Of a DNA stretch of 64,000 bases, positions 1-12,170 are shown one piece after another (position 1 is the first letter of the stretch; every line of letters begins with the position of its first letter). The position numbers were made by a program, and so were the translations under genes. The DNA is from Phaeosaccion multiseriatum (taxonomy: Eukaryota; Protista; Ochrophyta, other classes), in NCBI GenBank assembly GCA_965112735.1, contig OZ218950.1:1364001-1428000 (forward strand), written 5' to 3'. Under the pieces are notes generated by a model, which saw nothing but the letters and a program-made list of their open reading frames with translations, was not told the origin of the DNA and did not search any database.

Positions 1-736
1 AGAGTAGAGGTCCACTTCAGCCTTCCAAGGGTCGCTTCCCATTCTCATCTCCGGTCGAACGAAGAGGGTGGAGGGGCCCTGCCCTCTCTCCGGGTACTTG
101 CGGAGGTCAATGCAATGACCAAAGTCGATGGGGGCCATGCCGTACATGATCCCTCTCTTCTTCATCTTTTCAATCTCCTCCTTCTTCTTCTCCTCCTCTT
201 CCTCCTTCCTCCTCCTCCTCTCCTCCTCCTCCAACTTCATTTTCTCCTCCTGCTTCTTCTCATCCCCTCCCTCTCCCTCCCCTTTCTTCTTTCGGCGCAG
301 TCTCTCTGCCGTTGCCTTGCTCCGCCCCGCCCCCCCCACCCTTTCCGCCTCCTCCTGCTGCTCCTTGCGCTTTCTCTTGGCCTCCATTCTCTCCTCCTCC
401 TCCCCTACATTCCTCTCCACCAAAAGGAAGTTTGCCGGCTTGAGATCTGTGTGTAACACATCGCAAGCATGGACTGCCCGCACTATTTTGAACATTTCAC
501 AACTATAGTGTATCGCCAACAGCACCGGCAAGGGCTGTAATCGTGTCTTGATGAAGGCCGCGATGACGTCGTGGACAGAGCCCGAGGCGCGCTTGGGGAG
601 AGGCATGGCGGAGCAATCTGCGTACTGGAAAAGGGCCATAGGCTTGAGAATCTGAGGGAGGGAGGGAGGGAGGGAGTGTGAGGGAGAGAAAGGAAGGAAC
701 GATACATGCAAACACTCCGTGCAAAACGGAACCACC

Positions 737-768
<32 letters not shown>

Positions 769-1768
769 CAACAACAACAAACAACGTTAGCCTTAAAAGA
801 CCACCTCATCCACGTGCCCACCCACCCACCCACCCACCCACACACACACACCTGTATCCTCCGCACGTGCTCTCTCGGCAGCCTCTTTAGCCTGTGCCGC
901 AGCTGCACAAGCATGTAACACTCCCAAGGCACGCGGCCCTCCTCAGGGCTGTTGGCCACCTTCGCACCCTTCATCTCGAGCTTGACGGCAAACTCCGGCG
1001 CTACAACCCCGCCCCCCCTCCCCCTTTGGGACCTTGATCCGGACCCCACACTGCTGCTGCGTTGTGGCTGTGGGCCCCTAGTGTCGGGGGGCGGGGTGGG
1101 AGCGAGGTCTCTGCAGAGATATACCATGGAGAAGGCTCCCTCGCCGAGCACGGAAACCACCTGAGAGATGGCAGTGGATGGATGGTAATGGATGGATGGC
1201 AGCGGATGGAACGGGGCGTATGGATGGAGGAGGGAAGGCAAGCAATGTTTGTAAAAGACGTCCGTAAGGAGCCCCTCGCCCTTCATTCATCCTCTGTTGC
1301 CACTTGAGAACGAAGACGCATGTTGCTTGACCCAGTCACCAAAGTCAACTCACTCACTCACTCTACTCACCTCTACCCTTCGTTTCCCCAAGGTAAGCAT
1401 CGGCGTCTTTGGAGGAGGCTTGACCTTCTCCTCATCACTACCACGACCATCACCACCAACGGAAGAAGACACAGAGCCAGATCCAGAGCCAGTGCCAGAG
1501 GCCTCCGCCTCCGCCTCCTGAGCTGCCGCAAGTTGGGCAGCCTCCGCGGCCTTCTTCCGGGCAAAGGCCTTGCGCAGAGCGTCGCGCGGGTCGACTGACC
1601 TGGACATCTCCTCCGGTATGTCGGTGAGGTCCACCCTTGACGTTTCGAAGTCGTGCACCAAAGGGGAGTCTCGTAGCCACGCTCGGAAACCGGCAGAGTG
1701 TGTGGTGAAGGGGCGGCACATGCGGGGGTCCCAGGGATCCTGGTGAGCGACAGGTGTTTGGGGACAGG

Positions 1769-1825
<57 letters not shown>

Positions 1826-2427
1826 AGCGATATCGATATAGATATCGGAGGTTGTGGGTGGCCCCACCCCCGAACCTGTGAGTGGGAACGGACAACCAAC
1901 ACGAGAACACTTACGATCCTTTTTTGGAGGTTAAGATCGGCAGGTGGTTATGTGTCATGTATCATGTGTGCGTGCGTGCGCGTGTGGGGAAGGGGAAGGG
2001 CTTGGTTTTAGGGTGTAAGCGTTGAGACAGAAACCCCCACCCAGCAAGCAAGTCACTCACTCACCCGATAAAACTCTCTCAACACCTCCAAGCGGCCCTG
2101 CGGCACTTTGTTGCGTGTGTTGGGAAGATGTTCGTAATAATAAGGACCTGGCCGCCCCTGCAGATCGAAGACGAAGAAGAACAAGAGGAAGGAGGAGACA
2201 GCGGCGAGGAGTGGAGGGTGGGGGTCAACGTCGCAGTTGTGGCGAAGAAGAATTGGGACTGCTTCGCGTGACTAGGAGTCATGTTTGAAGAAGGACATCC
2301 CCGATGAGGCCCCCACTTGTCAACGCATCGCCCCCCCCCCCCCCCCTTCTTCAACCGCTTGGATGGAACCTCCATAGAATATACATCAGATCTACCACTT
2401 GATCAAGATATACCCCTCTCTCTCATG

Positions 2428-2472
<45 letters not shown>

Positions 2473-2863
2473 TTGTGTTTATGTGTGTGTGTATCACTCA
2501 CCCACCACTGGTCCCGTATCATCTTCTCCCCTCCAACCTCTTTCTCTTCCCTCAACTTGTCCAGCAGCGCCTGCAAGTCCTCCATGCTGACCGCGTCGGG
2601 GATGGTGGTCTTTTCCTTGTGTATTGCAGTGATCTTCGCCTTGTGTAGATCCTCGAGGCTGACCTCATCTTCAGCATCCGAGTCCCCCTCACTCTCATCT
2701 GCAGCCTCCTCCTCCTCCTCCTCCGCCGAGGTCGAGGTGGACGTGTCTGATACCACCATGCTTCGCCCTGCCACATTACTTCTCCGCCCGCCTCGTCGGA
2801 AGCCATCGCTGCCGCTGCTGCTACTGCTTCGGCTGCGAATTCTGCTGCTGCTTCTACTACCGG

Positions 2864-2896
<33 letters not shown>

Positions 2897-3044
2897 GAAG
2901 GAGGATGGCTGGTGCCGCCGCGCGACACCTTTTGCGCGTGTCTCCGAGCGCTGGTTGCGGGTGAGGATGCAGAGAGAAGGCGTCAGCCACAGCGACAAAT
3001 CCCGTGGCCATCACAATGGCTACCGCCACCAGAGCTTTCCCCAT
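1..3044 (-). CDS. Bub1/BubR1-like protein kinase domain with N-terminal bipartite (signal + transit) peptide; 3' end runs off the window. Exons 3044-2502, 2157-2065, 1739-1371, 1160-852, 651-<1
   Basis: All junctions are GT..AG, phase 0. Motifs: DPWD pre-kinase extension, LGEGAFS, FAVK, PWECYM (Bub1 PWEFY-like), HTDLKPANFLL, IDFGHCIDL, PEMRMGSDPWKAEVDLYS. N-terminus is MGKALVAVAIVMATGFVAVADA|FSL followed by a Ser/Arg-rich stretch. Confidence 0.75.
1767..1826. repeat. (GGGTGA)n intronic microsatellite
   Basis: About 10 tandem copies. Confidence 0.95.
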
Positions 3045-3206
3045 TCTCTCTACTTTGACAAGCAAGAGGGGGGGAGAGAGAGAGGTGGAAAGCCAAATCG
3101 AGTCATCGATCAAGAAGGGGGGGAAAACAAGGATGGCACTTAATGGCGATTCCAGCTTCTCTTGCTCCGTGCTTGTAGAGAGGGAGGACAAGCGTCTGTG
3201 TGCGGC
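3045..3206. promoter_or_regulatory. Putative bidirectional promoter between the divergent kinase and VPS45 start codons
   Basis: ATGs at 3044 (-) and 3207 (+) are separated by only 162 bp. Confidence 0.55.
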
Positions 3207-5939
3207 ATGAGCTTGAACACGATAGCCGCGGTGCAAGGCTATGTCGACAAGATCGTGGGCGATGGAAAGATCGGAGGTGAGGAAGGGAGGAGAGGGATGG
3301 AGAAGGCGGAATCATTCCCAGTTCGTTCTTAGTAGACTTCAGTTGTGATATGTTACACAGCAGACGAGGGTCCGCTTTAGGGATAAGTTGGCATATCTTG
3401 AGAAACTTGCGGTACATCCGTTGCTGCTCTGGTTCCTCCACCTTTTCCCCCTTCCTCAATATCCTTTGATACTGATTCTCGCTGTTGCTCTCTTCCCCTC
3501 TACCCTTGCCCTTATCCCTGGTTGCTATACGCTCCATCCCCTCCCCTTCCCCCTCCATCCCCAGGCATGAAGGTGCTGCTCCTGGACAGCAGCACCAAGC
3601 AAGTGGTGTCCATGGTATACTCCCAGACCCAGATCCTGGACAAGGAAGTATACTTGGTGGAGCAGCTCGACGCGCAGCACGAACCCATGCATCACCTCAA
3701 AGCAGCCGTCTTCGTCCGCCCTACCGCCTCCAACGTCGCCGTGCTGAAGCGAGAAATCGCAGCGCCCAAATTCGCAGGTACACCCACAGTATAAGGGGAA
3801 AGGAATTGAAAAGAGAGAGAGAGGGGTTGTGGGTGATTTCATGTCAGCCGAAAGAAGGCGCTTCTCCTAACATACACAACTCCCGCGGCTGCTCTCCCTC
3901 CCTCCGCCTTCCTTCCTCCCTTCCTTCCTTCCTTCCTTCCTTCCTTCCTTCCTTCCTTCCTTCCTTCCTTCCTTCCTTCCTTCCTTCCTTCCTCCCTCCC
4001 TCCCTCCCTCCCTCCCTCCTCTTCTACCCCTACACTCCATCTCCGACCAGAGTACCACGTCTTCTTCAGCAACATTATATCGCCGGAGCTGCTGACCTCA
4101 CTGGCCGAGGCTGACGAACATGAAGTCGTTCGACAGGTCCAAGAGTGTCCGGCAGACTATGGAGCTATCAATGAAGACTTCTTTTCGCTCAACATGAGGG
4201 GATTCATGGGGTGTAGCGTAGGCGGGGGTGGGGTCGGTGACAGAGCCGGTAGGGAAGCCATGGTACGGAGAGCCACCGAGGGAGTCTTATCTCTGCTTCT
4301 CAGTCTCAAGCGAAAACCCAAGACCATTCGCTACTCTGCCTCCAGTCCCTTGGCCAAGCAAGTCGCTTCCGACGTGAGCAACACCATTGCCGCGGATGAC
4401 ATTTTTGACTTTCGGAGGAACGAGGGAGGGGGCCCGCTGTTGCTCGTGCTCGACCGAAAGGATGACCCTGTGACGCCGTTGTTGAGTCAGTGGACCTATC
4501 AGGCCATGGTACACGAGCTGTTGGGACTGAATGACAATCGAGTGCTGCTCAAGGGGGCTCCCGGTATTGGCAAGGATCTGGAAGAGGTGGTCTTGTCGTG
4601 TGCACAGGTGAGGGAGAGAGAGAGAGAGGGGAGAGCGAGAGGGGGGAGGGAGGGAGGGAGGGAGGGGGGGAGGAAGGAAGGGACGGGGGGAGGAAGAAAG
4701 AGGGGGTGGGTGGGGAGAGAGAGGGAAAGAGGGATGCAGGGCGACAGAGATATGGAGAAGGAGAGGGGTGATGCTGAGGGAAGTGGAGAGAAGGAGGGGG
4801 AGGCAGAGGGAGAGAGAGAGAGAGAAAGGGGTGTGCAGGTGCTGCTTCGTTGGAAGCAAGCCGCACACTCCCTCCTCTCTCTGTCTTACTCTCTCTCACT
4901 CACCCTCTCTCTCTCCCTTTCAACTACCTACCCACTTAACTCAACCAAGCCATCAACCAACCTCCTACCCAACCAACCAACCAACCAACCAACGCCAACC
5001 TGCCCCTTTTAGTTCTTCTCCCCTTTCCAATCCCCCCCACTCCCTCAAAACAAAACAAAACAAAATGAAACAAAACAAGGACGACGTTTAAACCCTTCTC
5101 CCCTTCCCTTCCACTCAATCAAACCAATCAAAACACAACAAAACAAAACAAAAGGACGACTTCTTCGCCAAACACCGCCACGCCAACTTCGGAGACCTCG
5201 GCACCGCGGTCAAGGCGCTAATGGACGAGTATCAGAAGCTCACCAAACAGAACGAGAACATACGCAGCATCGAGGACATGCAGGTACTGGACGGGTGCGT
5301 TTGGGGTGGGCGGGTGGGTGGGTGTCAGGACCGTGGGTGGGTGGGTGGAGGGGTGGGGTGGGGGGTGGGTGTCCGGACAGTGGGTGGATGGGGCCTGGCA
5401 CCTGACACCCCCCCCCAACGGGGGCTCGCCTTCCTCCCTCACCCCCTCCCTCTCCCTCCCTCCCTCCCCTCCCTCCCCTCCTTCCGTCCCTCCCCTCTCC
5501 CTCCCTCCCTCCCCGCGCCGCAGTCATTTTTGGATCGATACCCTGCCTTTCGCAGCCAGTCCTACAACGTGGGGAAGCACGTGGCGGTGTTGAGCGAGCT
5601 GGCCCGGCTGGTGGAGGTGTACAGCCTGCTTGACGTGAGTCAGTTGGAACAAGAGTTGGCGTGTACGGAGGACCACACGGCGCACTTCAGAGAGCTCCTG
5701 GACAAGATTGCAAACCCCAGAATCAAGGAACCCGATAAGGTGGGTGTGGGTATGGGGGTGTGTGGGTGTGGGAATCTTTATTGACTTAGAGGAATCAACC
5801 TAAGAATTACCACTTTGAGAATTACGTAGGTGTGGGTGTAGGTGTCGGTGAAGAGAAGGGGGAGGGGGGATGAGGTGAGGTGAGGTTACAAAAGGAGTTG
5901 AAATGACCTGAGATGTATGAGGAGGTGAAGTAACAAACG

Positions 5940-6022
<83 letters not shown>

Positions 6023-7569
6023 TAATGCACGCCTGTCTCCTCCTCTTACCTCTGTGGTCTCCCGTCACTCTCCTCAGGTGCGTCTGAGCATGCTCTACGC
6101 CCTCCGCTATCAAGACACGGGCAACTTGGGTACTGTCAAGAGCAGGCTCAGCAACGCTGGTAAGAGCTAGACGAGCCGAATGGGCAGGCATTCAGTTCGG
6201 AGATATAGCCATATGGGTGGGCAGGCAGGAAGGAAGCCCGTCACTCACTCACTCACTCACTCACTCACTCACTCACTCACTCACTCACTCACTCTCTCCA
6301 ATCGCTTACCCACTGACTCGCTCATCAGTCACTCATCAACCCACTGGCTCACCCACCCACTGACTCAACTCACTCACCCGCCCACTCCCTCACCCACTCA
6401 CTCACTCACTCACTCACTGACTCCAATCATTCACTCACCCACCCACTGACTCACTGACCCACCCACTCCCTCACTCACTCACCCACTCCCCTACTCACTC
6501 ACTCACTCACCCACTCACCGCTCACTCACGTCACTCAGTCAGTCACTCACTCTCTCACTCTCTCACTCTCTCACTCACTCACTCACTCACTGACTCACCC
6601 AATCACCCACTCACTCACCCACTCACTCACCCACTCACTCACCCACTCACTCACTCACTCCCTTGCTTCATTCACTCACTCACTCACTCACTCACTCACT
6701 CACTCACTCACTCACTCACTCACTCACTCACTCACTCACTGACTCACTCACCTACTCCCTCACCCACCCACTCACTCATTGGCTCAACCCACTCACAGGG
6801 GTGAGCGCTCAGCAAGTGTCGCAGATCGATGCTCTGTTGGAGTACGCAGGGTCGGCGCAGAGGGCAGCGGGGCTCTTTGGCAACACAACCCTAATGTCGA
6901 AGATGGCCAAGACACTCACCACCAGTCTGCAGGTGGGAGCGAGGGAGCGAGCGAGGGAGGGAGGGAGGGAGGGAGGGAGGGAGGGAGGAAGGGAGGGAGG
7001 GAAGGAGGGAGGGGGAGGGAGGTAGGGAGGAAGGAGGGAGGGCGGGAGGGAGGGAGGGAGGGAGGGGGGAGGGGGGGAGGAGGGAGGGGGGGAGAAGGAG
7101 TTGGAGAAGGAGGAGGGAAGGACTGCTTCTTATGCTTTTCAACTTAGGCATACACACACTCAACTCCCCCCCCCCCCCCCCACCTACACACGCACACACA
7201 CACACACACACACACGCACGCACACACACACACACCCCTCTCCTCCCCTCCTCCCAGGGCGTGCAAAACGTGTACGCTCAACACGTGCCCCTCCTTCTCA
7301 AGACCGTGGAGGACGGACTCAAGGGAAAGCTCAAGGACACAAACTTCCCCACCGCTGGGGGGGGCAGGGGCGGGGGGGGAGGAGGCGGAGGCGGCAAGGC
7401 ACAGGAGGTGGTGGTGTTTGTGGTGGGCGGAGTGACGTACGAAGAGGCGACAAAGATTGCGGCGCTGAATGCATCCACTGCCATCTCTGGCCAGGTGGTG
7501 CTAGGGGGTACAACGGTGCATAACTCCACAAGCTTCCTCGAGGAGCTCCGGGGGGCGTACGGCCAGTAA
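3207..7569 (+). CDS. VPS45: Sec1/Munc18-family vacuolar protein sorting 45, about 570 aa. Exons 3207-3276, 3565-3777, 4051-4607, 5155-5283, 5524-5739, 6078-6159, 6799-6932, 7258-7569
   Basis: Spliced frame is open and totals 1713 nt. Motifs: GMKVLLLD, YSQTQILDKEVYLVE, HLKAAVFVRPT, DRKDDPVTPLLSQWTYQAMVHELLG, NVYAQHVP, VVFVVGGVTYEE, LGGTTVHNS. Confidence 0.95.
3909..4018. repeat. (TTCC)n/(TCCC)n intronic microsatellite
   Basis: Directly visible in VPS45 intron 2. Confidence 0.95.
5938..6022. repeat. (GTT)n intronic microsatellite
   Basis: Directly visible in VPS45 intron 5. Confidence 0.95.
6240..6795. repeat. (TCAC)n degenerate intronic microsatellite
   Basis: Directly visible in VPS45 intron 6. 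Confidence 0.95.
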
Positions 7570-7928
7570 GTCAACAAGTCTCGTCCCGACATTCACTCAT
7601 CAAACGATTTGATTGAATTGTTTGTTGATTTTTAATACACGTTTTTTTTTTTACTTTTTTTCTCTTCTGTAATGTTCATGTGTGTATGACATTGAATCGC
7701 ACAACATTGTTTTATTGATTGGCGGATTGAAGATGCAATTACAGACTCCCTGAGGCGGGGGAAATTGGATGTGGCGGTCGTGCTGGTGCCATGGGGTGTC
7801 AGCGCCTACCCCCCCCCCCCCTTTTTTTCTTCTTTAGCCACTACTGGCGCCGCCGCCCGCACTTGCCTCCCTGTCTTAGCCCTGCCTCTTACGAACACAT
7901 TGCCACCTTTAGAAGTCGGAAGTAAATT

Positions 7929-7951
7929 AAAAAAAAAAAAAAAAAAAAAAA
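7929..7951. repeat. Poly(A) run (23 nt)
   Basis: Directly visible. Confidence 0.9.
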
Positions 7952-8782
7952 GAGAGGTAGCGACCCTCGTTTTCCCCCCTCCTCTTCCCCTCCTTCCTGG
8001 GGCGCTTCAGCGCTCTGCCCGCTCGAGACTTGGCACCCGCCGAGACTAGTGCCACGTCGTTGTTCTCCTCTTGCCCTCTATCTCCTTCGTCTGATTGTTT
8101 GGCCTCTCCTTCGTCCACCGGTACGCCTGTTCCCTCCTCCTCTGCATCGCCTCCAGCGCCGACCGACTGTCTTCGCCTCCCTCTTTGCTCATGACGCTCT
8201 CGGCCCATCGTCCACTCGCAGCCATCATCTTGTCCGGCCATTGCAATGGGGGCAACGCTGTAGCCAGAACAGCAGCGGCAGCAGAGGCCATGGCTGAGCA
8301 GGCGGTGCAGGAGAGGTTTGAAATCTGGGGAAGATATACTTTTAGTACCTTACAGTACGTCACGTAAGGGAATTGGGTGTCTGTCCGCTGGGGAAATGGC
8401 TCTCCCCTCGCCCCCCCCCCCTTTTTTTCCACTTTCCAGAGGTGCGTGTGACAGAAAGAGAAGAGGAGCACAGGGAAGGGAGGCACAATAAAGCCATCAG
8501 AACCTCAAACAACCTGTATCCTTCAGAGTTAGCGGCGAAACCGATTAGCTGTCCGTTCACCCAAGTATTACTCTTATTGGAGAGGGGCAGCGAACAGCCT
8601 ACCCCCCAGCCCCTCACGCTGACCTCCTATCCCGTGGGCACATCGCTTTGTGGTGTCTTCACACACTTTAAACACCGTCTCAGGGGCACCCCTTCCTTCT
8701 CGTCCTCGTCCTCTCCTCAGATCAGCACCAGTCCTCCTTTCCCAAGCCGACTCCACACCGCCGGTGAGAGGCACTCCTCTGT

Positions 8783-10084
8783 TCATGCCATCTCAGACGC
8801 CACCTCCTGCAGCACCTCAGGGCTAAGCTCTCTCTGCGACACCTTCAGCCTCCCTTCCTTGCGAAAGAGAGGGTCAGTGCCTCGCATCAGGTCCAACGCG
8901 CTTTGTGAAGCAAAGTGCTGTCTGTCCGCGGCCAGAAGGCGCTCGATTGAGGTTACAGCGTGACTCCCTCGTGCCTGAGTCAGAGCCTTTGCCAGGGAGG
9001 CCCCTCCTGAGAGAAGCTCCATCACCGCCCCAGTGTGACCCTTCATTGCCGCAACAAACAAGGACATCATCCCATTGACATTGCCCCCCCTGTCCGGATC
9101 AGCCCCCGCAGACAAGAGTTCACGGATCACTGCCCTGTGGCCAAGATAAGCAGCCAGATACAGAGCTGTGAAGCCCTTACTGTTGGGCATCTCCACATCG
9201 GCCCCTCCTGAGACGAGTTCCTCCACGACACGAGCATGGCCATTTGTAGACGCCAAGTGTATCGCTCCTAACCCGTCGCCACTCAGTACATTCACCTCGG
9301 CACCAGCCCTGAGCAGTTTTCGTACAATACTTCGGTGGCCGTTGGTGCACGCTGGCATCAACGCCGTTCTCCTCTTTTCATGGTTACGTTTGTTGACGTC
9401 AGCACCAGCTCTGATGAGTTGCTCCACCACAATACCATGCCCTTGCTGGCTCGCAATAGCAAGCGGAGAACATCCGTCGTGGTTTGCCATATCCGCATCT
9501 GCCCCGGAGTTGAGCAGCAGCTGCGTCACCCTGTCGTGCCCATGCTGTGCGGCCATCAACAAGGGGGTGAAGCCGGTAACATTTCTGTCATCCACGTGGT
9601 TGGGATTAGCACCCGCTGAGAGCAGCTGCTGTGCCGCAGCGGGATCCCCATTCTCAGCTGCGAGCAGCAGTGCAGTCCAGCCATTTGAAGGCCTTGCAAC
9701 ATTCGGCGACGCCCCCTCTTGCAGCAAAAGAGCAATTATGTCCCCATTCCCCACATATACAGCTGTGTACAGGGCAGGGCGCAGCTCGTTATCGAGGGGC
9801 CCATCCAAGCATGCCTTCCTCCCTCCGTTTTTGGCGACGAGGGCCCTCGCGGCCGCTCGCACCCTTTGGACGCTGTCCCCCCCGATAATGGCTTCATACA
9901 GGCGATTAGCCTGTGAGGCAAAGGCAAGCGGGGAAAGATGGTAGTGCAGAGAGAAAAAAGGGGGGGGAGGGAAAAGAGGTTGAGAAAAAGAGGGGAAAGA
10001 GAAAAATCAGAGTCCGCTCACCCCCCTCGGAGGTGTCTTCCTTTCCTTTTTCTCTCCTACCTCGATACTGACTGCTCGCCGCAT
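8783..10084 (-). CDS. Ankyrin-repeat protein (about 8 repeats, about 383 aa). Probable exons 10084-10061 and 9910-8783; possibly truncated
   Basis: Repeated TPL/TALxxAAxxGHxxVVxxLLxxGAD units. Acceptor at cacag|GCT (9910). Upstream accATG..GAG|gtagga forms a mini-exon. Confidence 0.8.
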
Positions 10085-10969
10085 GGTAACAATATCGATC
10101 GGTAGAGCAAGGTGAAGGCCCTTTCTGCTAGCAGCAGCACCAACTGCAGCAAGCAGCAACGGGAGGAGAAAAATGGAGATGGGGAGAAATGTCTGCGCGG
10201 AAACCCCTGTGTCGCTTGATTTTTCGAGGCGCATCTCAAGAAATGAAGAAGAATGAAAAAATCTAAAGAAGCAAAGAAGCTGTCGTGGGGCAGTACATCA
10301 GGATGGAACAGCACCACCTGTGTGACAGTCCTGAAGAGATTTCTGGCGCACAGGGCTCTGAGAATATCAGTGGAAAGGCCGCAGGAGCCCACGACGACGA
10401 TGACATGGATTTGAGCCAACCGATATGCTCTGGCAGATGAAGCCGCTGCGGCGGTACAACCAGCAGCCGCTTCGAAACCTGGCACTCAAGCAGCAGTGGG
10501 GACTGAGCTTGTGACGATCGCCAGGGCACAGGAGGAGAAGTGGAAACAATTGCAGGCAGCTAAGCAGGACTTGAGCAACCAGAAGGCGGGTATAGAAGCT
10601 GGTTACAAAGATTGAGGAGGACGAGGCCGGCACACGAAGGAAGAAATTGAGAAGCTGCGGTTGATTGGTGCAGCAATGAAAGGAATTGATGAGGGTTTGC
10701 TGCTCCCAGCGGGGCAGGAAGAGAAGCGAAAGAAGGAGATGGAGGAGAGAAAGAAGGGGGTGGTGACATGTCTTCAAGCGCAGACAGGGTAGATGGTGCA
10801 AGTGGTGACCACTTCGTAGGGTTTTATTCGCTGCCCCTTGGTCGCACGTCTAAGCGGTACGTTCTCGAGTATCGCCTCTTCCTTCTTGATGCCTGCTCTT
10901 GCCCACCCCCATCCCGCCCACTCTCGGGCCGCCCTTTCTGTACTTACCTGATCACACTTCTTCTCCCTG

Positions 10970-12132
10970 TTGTTCTCGCTCCCATGGGACGTCTTTTTGG
11001 GTGCTGACAGGGGTGAAGGGACGAGGATGAGGACGAGGAGGATGGAAACACGGGCGAGGAGGGGGGCGGTGGTGGTGGGGGAGGGTTTTGGAGGAACAGT
11101 AGACCACCGGCGCAGATGGCTCATCAAAGTAGCACTCGAGGCGGTAAAGGTTCCAAAGGAAGGGTTGCCTACTTGGCAAACTCCCTACTACAGGGCCTCG
11201 ACGCCAAGCCGCCAGTCTGAAGTGGGAGGGTATGCCCAACGTGACGTGTTTGTCTGGGCCCCCCACCTCTTCCACAACCTTGAAGAGGACCACCAGCAGC
11301 CTCTTTGCGCATGACATGCGTCGTCAGAGTGTGTGCAGCTTATGGGTGGACGTCACCGCAGCGGGCTGTGTATGTCACAGCCTCGAGGACGATTTTTTTA
11401 TGGTGGGGGCAAGGCATCGGTGTACAGGGCGATTGGACGAGAAGAAACGGATGAAAGCGGAGTACAACGAGGCGGAGAGAAAGAAGGAAACATCACAAGA
11501 GCAGGTTCGTGTGCTTCGGTTGTGTCTCATTTGCGCTACTCTCTAGGGTTCTGGATGAACACGCCTCGCCTCTTTTCTTCCCTTCTCCTTCCTCACTTCG
11601 CCCTCCTTCCTTGTCCCCATCCCCGTCCATCTTGCCGCTCAGAAGAAAGCCGTAAACGAGTACTCGAGCTCCTTCTACTCCTACGACCCGCGCGTGACCA
11701 CAGTGTACAAGGAGAACGTGTGCTTCCAGTGGGTGACTGCAGAGCTGCCCGTTGAGGTAGGACCAGGCAACACGGCCCTTACAACCTCAGCGGCCCTGCT
11801 TCTCGTGCGGAACGGTGCATCAACTGGCAGCATCGGTGACGCAGAGAAAATGATGAAGGAAATGAAGTCGCATTCCCTGAGCCAAAAGCAGCTACAGTTC
11901 TAGGGCCTACAGGGGGTCGACTCAAGCGGCGTGGTGAGGCTAAGGGGCCGAAGCAGAAACACAAAAACAAGTGCGTGTCGCAGGGAAACGGGGCAGCGTC
12001 GAGCACACTCGAAGGTTGGGTACGCGGCAGCAGCAGCACGGGGCAGGGGCAGCACCAGCGGGGGTCGGCAGCAGCAGCCAGGCGTCGGCAGCAGCAACAG
12101 CAACAGGAGCAGCAGCAGTACGGGGCAGTAGT

Positions 12133-12170
<38 letters not shown>

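Noticed and set aside
1911-1920. Possible 4-nt micro-exon (aag|GATC|gtaagt on the - strand) in the Bub1-like gene
   Set aside because: It breaks the frame with the strong flanking phase-0 sites; not supportable without cDNA.
8046-8486. 146-aa minus-strand ORF next to a poly(A) run
   Set aside because: No recognisable motif; no target-site duplication or RT remnant to support a retro-element call.
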